DNA from: an archaeon GW2011_AR15
Lineage (GTDB): Archaea; Nanobdellota; Nanobdellia; Woesearchaeales; GW2011-AR15
Reading direction: 5' to 3'
DNA: 64,000 nucleotides
NCBI GenBank assembly: GCA_000830295.1
Contig: CP010425.1
Coordinates: forward strand, 640,001-704,000
Positions 47,754-57,118 of the stretch are shown here, piece by piece (the first letter of the stretch is position 1; each line of letters opens with the position of its first letter). The position numbers and the translations under genes were made by a program. The notes beneath the pieces are model-generated. The model did no database searches and was not told the DNA's origin. It saw only the letters and a list, made by a program, of their open reading frames with translations.

Positions 47754-48167
47754 TTAATGCAATCTCTCTATTTCGTGTTCAAGCAGGCTGCGGTAGACAT
47801 GAAATGCCACGTTCTGGGGAACCCCATTGAAAACATTCCTGAATTCCCGGGAAGGGTAGTACGGCCCTGAAAAATCCATGTCTAGAGACATTCTCCTGTA
47901 ATCTTCGCTGTCCGGTGGGCTGCGGGGATCATGCGCAGTCACTTCCCATTCAAGAAGCTTATGGCTGGGACTGAGTTCCCTTAATTTTGGGATGTCTGAA
48001 AAAACAATTAGGTTGATGGCAGATATTGCTTCAAGCCCCTGCACGCTTCTAAGAAACTTAAACGCCTCTTCATCCAGTTTAGGAAGCCCATATTGTTCAA
48101 GATGTTTTTCATAAGCACTGCAATAACTCTGATAGCCGTTGTCTTCTGCCATTTTCTTCTCTCCCAC
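47754..48167 (-). CDS. Hypothetical protein
   Basis: ORF with SD-like GAGGTG and TATA upstream; no motif recognised. Confidence 0.55.
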   Translation of the reverse strand: MGEKKMAEDNGYQSYCSAYEKHLEQYGLPKLDEEAFKFLRSVQGLEAISAINLIVFSDIPKLRELSPSHKLLEWEVTAHDPRSPPDSEDYRRMSLDMDFSGPYYPSREFRNVFNGVPQNVAFHVYRSLLEHEIERLH

Positions 48168-48254
48168 CTCTATGCCTGGAAAAAGAAATCTTTATTTAAA
48201 TACATTTTCAATATAACCGCCAGATTTAAATAAGAAAATCCCATTCTTTTCCGG

Positions 48255-49328
48255 ATGGGCTTTTTTGATTTTATAGGGAAAGTGGTTTTCATTGCACTGA
48301 TACTGTTTGGAATACTCTATTTCACAAACGGCCTTGATTTCCTGAGCGGGAAGATATCGCTTGACCCCGAGGCAATAAGGGCAAGCCCGTATGTAAATAA
48401 GATTGTCTATGATGATATTGAGATAAGGCAGTTCACTGCATCAGTTACAAAGGGCTGCCCTTCAGGAGACAAGGAATGCCAGCTCAACAAAGTATTCAGG
48501 CATGTTGTTGAAAACTACAATTACTATTCTGACCCGGTTGGGAAAGAGCTTATCCAGTCTCCGTATGAGACAAGGGAAGTCGAGGGCGGGGACTGCGAGG
48601 ATTTCAGCATACTGATGAATTCAATGCTCGAGTCAATCGGCATAAAAACCTATCTTGTTTTGACTGATGACCACGCGTACAGCTTAGCATGCGGGATAGA
48701 TCCAGGAAAGCTGAGGGATTATGTTGAAGAATCCATCATTGAGGTATATGCAACAGACAGCGAGTTCAGCAGGGATAATGATATCGTCTATGATGACGGG
48801 GATATATACATAAGGGAGACATATAACCTGGATTTTGTCGTGGATTCTTTTACCACATATTATTTCGGCGGGGACGGCAGCGAGATAACAGACCCGTTCC
48901 TCAGCGAAAAGCTTGACTACTCCATAACCTTCTCTTCTCCTGTTGATATGTATGTTGTGTCAGGCAGGGGAGAATATGAAAAGCTTGCAAAAAGTGAAAC
49001 ATTTTCAGCATACTCCGAGTGCACTGAGCTGGGAGCATTAAGCGTGGATGATGAATGCACAATAGGAACTTACGGAGGCATAGCAATATCAAATGACAAT
49101 CTTGAGAGAGTCCATGTGCAGATGAAGCTTGACGTTTACATGAAATACAACCCGCAGGAGTTCCTGAAAGACATTACAATAACTTCCTATTCAATCAACG
49201 GCGCCTCATGCGTTGTTCTGGACGGCACGAGCGGGAAATTCGGCTATCCTGGACTGAACCCAGCAGAGCTGAAAGGAAAGAAGGTTGCAGTTGACCCGAA
49301 GACGAAAGAGATAATATATCTGGAGTAG
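48255..49328 (+). CDS. Membrane-anchored transglutaminase-like (Cys protease fold) protein
   Basis: N-terminal TM; QSPYET..GGDCEDFSILM...GI.TYLVLTDDHAY. Confidence 0.85.
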   Translation: MGFFDFIGKVVFIALILFGILYFTNGLDFLSGKISLDPEAIRASPYVNKIVYDDIEIRQFTASVTKGCPSGDKECQLNKVFRHVVENYNYYSDPVGKELIQSPYETREVEGGDCEDFSILMNSMLESIGIKTYLVLTDDHAYSLACGIDPGKLRDYVEESIIEVYATDSEFSRDNDIVYDDGDIYIRETYNLDFVVDSFTTYYFGGDGSEITDPFLSEKLDYSITFSSPVDMYVVSGRGEYEKLAKSETFSAYSECTELGALSVDDECTIGTYGGIAISNDNLERVHVQMKLDVYMKYNPQEFLKDITITSYSINGASCVVLDGTSGKFGYPGLNPAELKGKKVAVDPKTKEIIYLE

Positions 49329-49377
49329 ATTTACTAATTCAAAATCTTTATAATGTGCATAAGATTCGCAGTTCTCC

Positions 49378-49908
49378 ATGAATAAGGAAAAAAAGAAGCA
49401 GCTCCTGAACATAGCAAGGATAGTGGCTATTGTGCTGCTGCTCTATGTCGTACTGAAAGGCATTCTCGTGCTTTCAGTATTAATCCTGCTGAGCCTCAGC
49501 ATGAGCTACATAATAAACAATTACGGGCTGAGGCAGTACGGGCTGGAGCTTGTCACTTTAGTTGCAGTGCTTACAGGAGTCAAATACGGGCCCGTGCCTT
49601 CCCTTATACTGACATTCATACTGATAACATACCACATGCTTGCGGGAGGCTTTTTTGCAAAATATGTTTTCTGGGTCATACCTGCATATACTATTGCAGG
49701 CTTCATCTCCGGCTTCTTCCCGGCAACAGCTGTAACAGCATTAGGGCTGTATGCAACGCTGGGGATAAACATCAGCAACACTTTCTTTACAGCAGTAACA
49801 AGCCCGGGCTACCTTTTCAAGTACCTGCCGTTCGCAGTGACAAATGTGATATTCAACGTGATACTATTTGCTGTTGCAGCAAGGCCCCTGCTCCTCCTGA
49901 TGATCTAA
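49378..49908 (+). CDS. Multi-pass membrane protein
   Basis: About 6 TM helices; paralogue of 31986-32528. Confidence 0.75.
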   Translation: MNKEKKKQLLNIARIVAIVLLLYVVLKGILVLSVLILLSLSMSYIINNYGLRQYGLELVTLVAVLTGVKYGPVPSLILTFILITYHMLAGGFFAKYVFWVIPAYTIAGFISGFFPATAVTALGLYATLGINISNTFFTAVTSPGYLFKYLPFAVTNVIFNVILFAVAARPLLLLMI

Positions 49909-52232
49909 TAGCCGAACAGGCTGGTCTGCTTTGTATCAACCAGAATGTCGTCAAATTTTGTATTGTAGAAAACAAGGATTGCATCAGCAATCGGCTTTAT
50001 CTGCTTTTCAATGTAATGCTCATAGTCCAGCTTGTGCTCGATTTTCTGCACAGGCTCAGGCCCGTCGCTTGTCATGACATATGAGATTATGTTCGAGGTA
50101 ATCTTCTTGAGCTTTCTCGCTGCCTTTACATGCGGCGGTGTTGTCTTTATGTACTTGCTCAGGTCCTTCCTTATTGCCTTCCTGTAGACAAGCAGGTTGT
50201 CGTATTTTCCTTTTTTCAGCTCATCAACAAATTTCTTTATGTAATCGACCACTTCCTGCTTGTGGAACACCTTGTCAAGAAGCTCCAGCTGGAATTTTTT
50301 CGACAGGTCTGTCCAGTCTCTTCTCACGAATTCCAGTCCCGTGAAATCTATCTTCTCCTTCCCGTCCTTCATCAGCAGGCCGGCATATCTTTTCTTTGCC
50401 CCTTTTTCTGTCCCCCTGATTGTCGGCATCATGAACCTGGTATAGGTCTTCTCAAACTCCAGCTCAAGGAAATTGTCCATCTTCAGCTTTGCGACATATT
50501 TCTTCCAGTGCTCATTAACAAGCGCCTGTATTTCAGCGCCGACTTTTGCAGCGCCTTCTGCCTTGTCTGCTTTTGTCTCTACAAAAATAGAATCAGTGTC
50601 GCCATATATGACCCTGTATCCGTGGTTGTCCACAATTTCTGCTGTTGACTTCACTATGAACTGGCCGAAATGAGTTATTGCATTTGCCATATCAAGGGAA
50701 TAAAACCTGCACATGGGGTTTGCCAGCACGCCGAAAAAAGAATTCATTGTAATCTTGATGGCATAGCTCTGCTCAGCATTCTTGTCTTTCTTTGCATGGT
50801 CCCTCTGCTCCCATAATCTCTGGAGTATCTGGGGGAGTATGCCGTATTTTCTCCTGAATTTTGCTCCGTTAGGGGCAGTTATGACCTGAGATTCCCTGTA
50901 CTTGCCGTGCATCTCTTTTGGTATGAATGAAAGAGGGTCAATGTTGAATGTCCTCATTATGCTTGGATACAGGCTCTTGAAGTCAAGCACGATTATGTAA
51001 TCATATATTCCCGGGATTGAATCCCTTACATATCCCCCTATTATCCTCTCTCCCCTTTCCCTGAACTCAGAGGTCCTGCAGACATATCCTCTTTCAAATG
51101 TCTCCCTTAGGTAGAGGTTGTCGAGCGAGGCTATAGAAGCCTTTACCCTGTCAAGCTGCATGCCTGTCAGCAGGGAGCGCTGGATTATCAGGTCTATAAT
51201 GCCTTTTTTCTCAAGTATTTTTATTACAAGCTCTGAATCCTTAAGGTTGTAGTCAGCAAGCTTCTGCGGCTCCTTCTCATACAGCCTTTCAATCTCAGCC
51301 CCCTTGTCGACATTATCAAAAACCTCAAGCTTTGATTCCTTCAGTATTGCGGCTGCAGCTGTCTGCAGCTTGTAGTCCCTCAGGCCAATGAAGGAAGTTT
51401 TCAGCAGGTCTATTGCATCTAAGGCGACCCTTCCCGGAATCTCGGCAGTTGAGCTTTTGAAAAAAGAATTGTATATCTTTATGCTTCCGGGCCACTCAGC
51501 CCTGCCCAGGACAAAATCAATCTTGTGCTCATCGAACTTCTCCTTTATCATCTTCAGGTCAAAGTCAATGAGGTTCCAGCCTGTGATGATGTCAGGGTCA
51601 TAATTGCTTATGATTTCCTTGAACCTTTCAAGGACTTCTTTCTCTGTCTTGAAAGACTCTGTATTTTTCAGATTCTTTTCAGATACTAAGAGGACTTTGC
51701 CGAAATCCCTGCAGTAGAGGGATATTGAATACAGCTTTTTCAGGTCCATTGATGACTCAACATCCAGTGCCAGCACTCTCAGCTCGGGTTTCCATCCTGC
51801 CGGCTTCAGCTCAGGCTCTTCATAGATCCTGCTTACATAATTCCCTTTCTTATGCTTACCTTCTATCTCTAATGAGCCCTTTATGCCCTTATCAATCATA
51901 AACCTGTAGACAAACCTTATGTCTGCCTCGTAGGTAAGTATATCCTTCTTGTGGAAAACATCCCTCAGGATCGGAACATCTCTCGGCACATCCAGTGTTA
52001 TTTTCACAACAGGCTCCTCAAAGAAATTTTTCATTTCAGATGGATCAACATCGTATATGATGTCAATATCCAGCTTCTCCAGTTTTTTCCTGTCCTTTTC
52101 CCTTATATAGAAATACGGCCTGAATTTGCTTATTGTAAGGAAAGACTCGCCGTTCTCCAGCCTGCCGAAAAGATAGACATGGGCCTTGCCATCAATAATC
52201 CTGTAGGTAGGATATACAATGAACCCCTTCAT
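49905..52232 (-). CDS. polB: Family B DNA polymerase
   Basis: Exonuclease motifs ALDVE and TGWNLIDFD; LDFKSLYPS, KITMNSFFG, YGDTDS, KKRYAG; terminal PIP box QTSLFGY. Confidence 0.95.
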   Translation of the reverse strand: MKGFIVYPTYRIIDGKAHVYLFGRLENGESFLTISKFRPYFYIREKDRKKLEKLDIDIIYDVDPSEMKNFFEEPVVKITLDVPRDVPILRDVFHKKDILTYEADIRFVYRFMIDKGIKGSLEIEGKHKKGNYVSRIYEEPELKPAGWKPELRVLALDVESSMDLKKLYSISLYCRDFGKVLLVSEKNLKNTESFKTEKEVLERFKEIISNYDPDIITGWNLIDFDLKMIKEKFDEHKIDFVLGRAEWPGSIKIYNSFFKSSTAEIPGRVALDAIDLLKTSFIGLRDYKLQTAAAAILKESKLEVFDNVDKGAEIERLYEKEPQKLADYNLKDSELVIKILEKKGIIDLIIQRSLLTGMQLDRVKASIASLDNLYLRETFERGYVCRTSEFRERGERIIGGYVRDSIPGIYDYIIVLDFKSLYPSIMRTFNIDPLSFIPKEMHGKYRESQVITAPNGAKFRRKYGILPQILQRLWEQRDHAKKDKNAEQSYAIKITMNSFFGVLANPMCRFYSLDMANAITHFGQFIVKSTAEIVDNHGYRVIYGDTDSIFVETKADKAEGAAKVGAEIQALVNEHWKKYVAKLKMDNFLELEFEKTYTRFMMPTIRGTEKGAKKRYAGLLMKDGKEKIDFTGLEFVRRDWTDLSKKFQLELLDKVFHKQEVVDYIKKFVDELKKGKYDNLLVYRKAIRKDLSKYIKTTPPHVKAARKLKKITSNIISYVMTSDGPEPVQKIEHKLDYEHYIEKQIKPIADAILVFYNTKFDDILVDTKQTSLFGY

Positions 52233-52330
52233 ATAGAGGAGAAAAGCTAGCCAAATTTATAAATGTGATGGCACAATTAAAAAAGAGGTGCGGGGGCACC
52301 TCTCTACATCAAATAAAGAATAAAACTTAT

Positions 52331-53014
52331 CTATTCTTTCTTTGGTTTGTAGTCTTTGTTTGCCAGGTACATTCCTGCTCCGCCTGCTGCAACAAGCAGT
52401 CCAAGCCCTCCGACCCCGGCTCCAGCTGCAAGGGCGAGTTCGCCTGCTGCCTGGTTTGCATGTCCTGCTGAAAGACTTGAAAGCAGGCCAAGTGCCTGGG
52501 GGCTCCAGGCTGCCCGAAGCTGACTTTCTATTGGGTGAGTTCTGTCAAGCTGGGCGTAGCTCTTTTCCACAGCTATCATATACTCGCCAGGCTCAGTGTA
52601 TGTCTCTCCCCTGTACTCCAATGGAAGCTGGTCTTCAGCCAGGGTTACAGCAACCTCAGTGTGCATCACATGGTATGAGATAGTTGCAAACTGGTACATC
52701 AGCTCATCACGGGTGTTGACCAACGGGTCTTCTGGGTCAAAATTTTTGTAATTAACAGGGTAGTCCCATTCTCCTTCGAGAAGGTTCATAATATTTTGTG
52801 CCCCTTCCGCAGCGCCGCGGTCTACAAGCTCTCCCTCTGCGTTGTAGCTTAAGTTTACGCCCTGTGCTGCATAAAGAGCCTGCGCAGATTCAAGGCCGTT
52901 AACAGCAGCCGGCACGCCATATCCAAAGCCTACACCGGCAACCATTAACCCGCCGGCGGCAATAAGGCCCCCCAGTGTTCTCATTAGTTTATTTTTTTTA
53001 TCCATTATATCCAC
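52331..53014 (-). CDS. Membrane protein with N- and C-terminal Gly/Ala-rich TM segments
   Basis: Two hydrophobic ends around a soluble loop; GC-richer codons than neighbours. Confidence 0.7.
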   Translation of the reverse strand: MDIMDKKNKLMRTLGGLIAAGGLMVAGVGFGYGVPAAVNGLESAQALYAAQGVNLSYNAEGELVDRGAAEGAQNIMNLLEGEWDYPVNYKNFDPEDPLVNTRDELMYQFATISYHVMHTEVAVTLAEDQLPLEYRGETYTEPGEYMIAVEKSYAQLDRTHPIESQLRAAWSPQALGLLSSLSAGHANQAAGELALAAGAGVGGLGLLVAAGGAGMYLANKDYKPKKE

Positions 53015-53133
53015 CTCAGTAAATTATCAGGGCGCACACTGAGATTTAAGACACGCCTTCATACTGTTTAATCTGTATATATTGTATAATCATTAGAAAT
53101 TTAATCAGAAATACATTTTATAGGATGCGGCTG

Positions 53134-54141
53134 CTAATCAGATAAAGTACCCTTGGGAATGTCCTTTGGATTAAGAATCAGCACTATTCTTGCAATATCC
53201 TCTGTTATGGTAAATATTCTGGCAAGAAATTCAAAGACCACCGGGATGGCGCATTTGCAATTATCATCCTCTCCAAACAGGCAGGGAAACCTTCTATTGT
53301 TAAGTATGCTCTTGTCCTCTTCGCGGATACTGTTAATTACAGCATTTGCCATAGTGGTATCATTTTTGTAGAAAGAGGTAATAGCATTCCTGTAATTTTT
53401 CTCAAGCTCGCCAAGCTTTGAGGTAAGAAGTTCCCTTTCTTTCCCGCTGAATTTCACAGATGAGAAGAAGCTGGCAATATGCTTCCCGCGGTCAGAAATC
53501 TTTTCAAGGCGGTCAGACAAGAGCATCAATAAGGCCAGGTCAGTAGGGGAATATCCCCAGTGCCTTGCCATATTGGCGTTCTGGAGCCCCCGGGTAATCA
53601 ATTTCATGGTAAAATGGTAAAGGCGGTCAACTTCAGCATCAGCGTCTGAAACAGGCTCACGGCTGCCTTTATGGTTTAGGCATTGTTCAATCTCTGTAAA
53701 CATTGTTTTGATGATTGTATCAATCCTGCGTATGATTTTCATAGGATTGGTTTCTGAGATATCAATGAATGCTTTGGCGGCTATAAGATCAGTTTTGATA
53801 TCAAGCACTTCAAGCGCCAGAAACTCATGGAAGACATTCCTTAATTCTTTGGCGCGATTCCCAAAATCCCCCTTAAGGTTTATGATTGAAAAATCATTTA
53901 CATAGGCAACAAGTATCTGGCGCTTAATCTCTTTGAGGGTCATCCTGCTGACATCAATTGTAATCTCTTTGATCTCCGAGGTATGGTCATCTTCCTTTGG
54001 ATGGATTCTTAGAGAGCCGTCACCCTCTTCTTCAATACTGATGTTGTCCCCTTTAGAAAGCCTGTGGTTTACAACCCATTGCTTGGGCAGGGTAACTGAA
54101 AAAGTCTCCTTCCCCAGCTTTATTAGTTTACGATATTCCAT
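53134..54141 (-). CDS. phoU: Archaeal phosphate-uptake regulator (AbrB + PhoU domains)
   Basis: RKLIKLGKETFSVTLPKQWV; DAEVDRLY; DRLEKISDR. Confidence 0.85.
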   Translation of the reverse strand: MEYRKLIKLGKETFSVTLPKQWVVNHRLSKGDNISIEEEGDGSLRIHPKEDDHTSEIKEITIDVSRMTLKEIKRQILVAYVNDFSIINLKGDFGNRAKELRNVFHEFLALEVLDIKTDLIAAKAFIDISETNPMKIIRRIDTIIKTMFTEIEQCLNHKGSREPVSDADAEVDRLYHFTMKLITRGLQNANMARHWGYSPTDLALLMLLSDRLEKISDRGKHIASFFSSVKFSGKERELLTSKLGELEKNYRNAITSFYKNDTTMANAVINSIREEDKSILNNRRFPCLFGEDDNCKCAIPVVFEFLARIFTITEDIARIVLILNPKDIPKGTLSD

Positions 54142-54251
54142 AGTCCCCCGCCTATATATTGTATATACATGAGGATAGCAGTTTGTATATTTAAGAGTTT
54201 GTATCGGATTTTGGAATCAGAGGAGAAGCCCAATAAATTCAAATGTTTTAG

Positions 54252-55029
54252 AGGGGGAACTTTTATTTTTTAATTATTAATTTTCAAGTAGTTACAAGCA
54301 AAAGCTTTATAAGGTTTATATCGATTCTCTTGGTTAGGTAACCAAAATGGCAGAATATGGAAAAGTTGAAAATCCAACACTTAATGTTAAAGACTATAAG
54401 ATGGGAGATTTTGTTCATTGGTTGATGCATGATACACAACCATCATTTGCAGTTGTTACTGGAACAAATGGAGATAATGTTCAACTTAGACATTTTGAAG
54501 GAGGATTTCCATTTGAATTATCTAAAACTCCAAAATATGGTTCTATGAGAAAAGCTTCAAGAGATGAATCTTTAGCTCATTTTCATCAGATTTCTAAAAT
54601 GTTTGAAAAAGAATTTGAGGCAGGTGGACTTTCAGGGGCACTTTCAGCAAGAAGACAACACTATATAAATGGAATAATTTCACAACTTGAAGAAGATGGA
54701 AGAAATACATTTTATGCTGCGACTATTGACCCACAAGATCCAATGACTGGAACATATGTTCTAATGGGAATTTATTCTGGTCAAGGTCCAAGCGAACATT
54801 TAGAAGGATTAGTTGTAGTACCAAGACTTTCAGAAGGAACAGTTTCTCGTGTTGTTAAAGATACTAATCCAAATGGTTTTGGTAAAATACCAAGTGATGT
54901 TTACAATACGCCTGCAACTTCTCATGGTTCGCTTGTTGCATATTGGACATATGAAGTTCCTGAAAAGGCATTAGGGCTTGTTGAAAGTCCAAAAAAATTA
55001 GAGCTAAGGTTAGATTAAAAGTTCCCCCT
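54252..55029. mobile_element. AT-rich single-gene cassette bounded by a perfect 14-bp inverted repeat
   Basis: agggggaactttta (54252-54265) and its reverse complement taaaagttccccct (55016-55029); no transposase or recombinase in the window. Confidence 0.5.
54347..55018 (+). CDS. Hypothetical protein with atypical A/T-ending codons
   Basis: 223-aa ORF; its stop codon TAA forms the start of the right inverted repeat. Confidence 0.8.
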   Translation: MAEYGKVENPTLNVKDYKMGDFVHWLMHDTQPSFAVVTGTNGDNVQLRHFEGGFPFELSKTPKYGSMRKASRDESLAHFHQISKMFEKEFEAGGLSGALSARRQHYINGIISQLEEDGRNTFYAATIDPQDPMTGTYVLMGIYSGQGPSEHLEGLVVVPRLSEGTVSRVVKDTNPNGFGKIPSDVYNTPATSHGSLVAYWTYEVPEKALGLVESPKKLELRLD

Positions 55030-55605
55030 TTCTATTATTAAGGATTTTTGAAAATTGCAATTAATTCATGTTAGTTACTTTTCCCATACGCAAGTGGAGG
55101 AAAATTGCGTCCGCAGAGCTGTGTTTAAGTTCCAATCAATTCGGGCGTAGCGAGTATATAATGAATAAAGACACTTCAAATAAGGAAACGAAGCCTACAA
55201 AGAACGAGCAAAAAATCTTAAAGTATATCATTATTAGGAGAAAAAATATCAGACACAAGATGTTAGACAATAAAGAATTTGAAGTTGAAAAATTATTCTT
55301 ATCATAATTAACAAAAATTCCGTAACATTTCTGACGTCCTAAAAATTCTCTTTCAAAAAAGTGCGGATTTTTATGATATTGTCTACAATTTCTAGAACCA
55401 TATTTATTGTATCTTACTAGCTTTGCTTTATTAATATAGGACTTCTTATATATATTATGACAAAAGATGAAAACCCGGTAAAGATATGTTGGCACTGCAA
55501 AAGAAAATTCGATGGTAATTTTTCTATAAAAAATCTGCAGATAGTCTGCCCTTTTTGCAAAAAGCCGCAATCTTCTGTATTTGAAGAGGATTCCCAGGCC
55601 CAAAT

Positions 55606-55640
55606 AATAAAAAAGTCAAAGGCCGAATAAAAAAGTCAAA
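55606..55640. repeat. 15-bp direct repeat
   Basis: aataaaaaagtcaaa at 55606-55620 and 55626-55640. Confidence 0.7.
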
Positions 55641-55703
55641 ATCAGATTTCAAAAAATCAGAATCTCAAAAAAATACTAATAAATTATAATGGAGGGATAA
55701 AAA

Positions 55704-55877
55704 ATGACAAATAGAACAACACATAGATCAAAATCAGGTAAAAAACTATATGCAGTAAGAGATAAAGAAGGGAAGTTCAAAGATATACAAGACTATAAAA
55801 GAGCACATAGTCAGGATATGAAAAGAACATCCAAAGCAGAGTTGGACGCTGCAGCAAAGAAGAAAAACAAAAAATAG
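55704..55877 (+). CDS. 57-aa basic protein, absent from the ORF track
   Basis: SD GGAGGG then MTNRTTHRSKSGKKLYAVRDKEGKFKDIQDYKRAHSQDMKRTSKAELDAAAKKKNKK. Confidence 0.75.
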   Translation: MTNRTTHRSKSGKKLYAVRDKEGKFKDIQDYKRAHSQDMKRTSKAELDAAAKKKNKK

Positions 55878-55926
55878 TGATTTTTTATTTTTCACTAAAA
55901 ATTTAGATAGTATTCAAGGAACAGAG

Positions 55927-56265
55927 GTGTTCAAAATGACAATAATTGGAGTATTAATAGGATTTATTATAAGTTTAATCATATCAGCAGCCGTCATATT
56001 TTTTGCAGCAAAAATAATGGGGGAAAGAGAAGGGTTTAGCACAGCTTTGTTTGCTGCATTTATTGGATCACTACTATTTGCAATCGTATCTTATCTCATA
56101 GGGATGGGGCTGTTGGCATCATTGATTGGCGGAATAGCGTGGCTTATAGCTCTCGGCAGTATATACAACATGGGCTGGCTGAAATCTTTTTTTGTGGCTG
56201 TAGTCATATGGTTTTTTTCAGCAATCGTCAGTATGGTGCTGCCTAACCTTCCACAATTAGTTTAA
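55927..56265 (+). CDS. Small 4-TM membrane protein
   Basis: Almost wholly hydrophobic; SD GAGGTG (true start probably ATG 55936). Confidence 0.75.
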   Translation: MFKMTIIGVLIGFIISLIISAAVIFFAAKIMGEREGFSTALFAAFIGSLLFAIVSYLIGMGLLASLIGGIAWLIALGSIYNMGWLKSFFVAVVIWFFSAIVSMVLPNLPQLV

Positions 56266-56338
56266 ACAAATAAGGTGAAAAACATGGAGAATAATTTTAA
56301 TAAAAAAGGAGTAGTGTAAAAAACAGGAGGGAGAGAAC

Positions 56339-56539
56339 ATGGTACTTAAGTCAATACTTGGAATTATAGCGCTTATTGCTGCTATATGGGTTATTTATGA
56401 TGTACTAGTAAAGAATAAGAAATTATCAACAGGAATGAAAGTACTTTGGATAATTTGTGCGTTATTTTTTAGTATAATCACTGCAGTAATTTATTATTTG
56501 GTTGGCAGAGATTCAAAAAAAGACTTGTTTAAAAATTAA
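56339..56539 (+). CDS. PLDc N-terminal-like two-helix membrane protein
   Basis: WVIYDVL...KVLWIICALFFSIITAVIYYLVGR; SD GGAGG. Confidence 0.85.
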   Translation: MVLKSILGIIALIAAIWVIYDVLVKNKKLSTGMKVLWIICALFFSIITAVIYYLVGRDSKKDLFKN

Positions 56540-56611
56540 GAAAAGCAAGAGCATAAGAGAAGAGGTCATCATATTATCAATACCCTAAATTCCATAAACG
56601 AGAAATAGAAA

Positions 56612-57010
56612 ATGAATATGGATGAATCGCAATTTGAAACCGGAAGAATGGAAGCTTATAAGCGAGATTTCCACAAAACAGGAACTTATCATGATGATGG
56701 ATCAGGGTATTTTGGAAGGCCAAAAAAATTTGATTTTACCAATTCAGTGGAAACGAGTGAAAGCAAAGAGAGGCTTGTTTTCAGAATACCTCTATCAGAA
56801 GTGTCACTTGAGAATCTTAAAATAATATCCTCAAAAGGTCATATAATCGTTCAGTCAGACAAGAAGACAATATTCCTTGACCTGGATCAAAAAATTCGAT
56901 TTGGCAAACCTATGATATCATTCAAGGATGACATGTTAATAATTGAGTTAAAGAATAAAAAGAAAAATTCAAGATTATTCAAAATCAGAAATAAGTTTTA
57001 CTCGTACTGA
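56612..57010 (+). CDS. Hypothetical protein, possible degenerate Hsp20-like beta-sandwich
   Basis: LVFRIPLSEV...LKII...SFKDDMLIIELK pattern. Confidence 0.5.
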   Translation: MNMDESQFETGRMEAYKRDFHKTGTYHDDGSGYFGRPKKFDFTNSVETSESKERLVFRIPLSEVSLENLKIISSKGHIIVQSDKKTIFLDLDQKIRFGKPMISFKDDMLIIELKNKKKNSRLFKIRNKFYSY

Positions 57011-57118
57011 TTCTGAGGAATATTGCATTTAACAGGTATTAAGTGCATATCAGCCAAAAACCCCCTTACCCCTTCTTTTTCCGCATGATTTAAATAACTC
57101 TTAGAACTCCATAAATTC

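Noticed and set aside
55068-55603. ORFs 55068-55307 (+) and 55136-55603 (-)
   Set aside because: Low-complexity AT-driven composition, mutually overlapping, no SD or recognisable motif.
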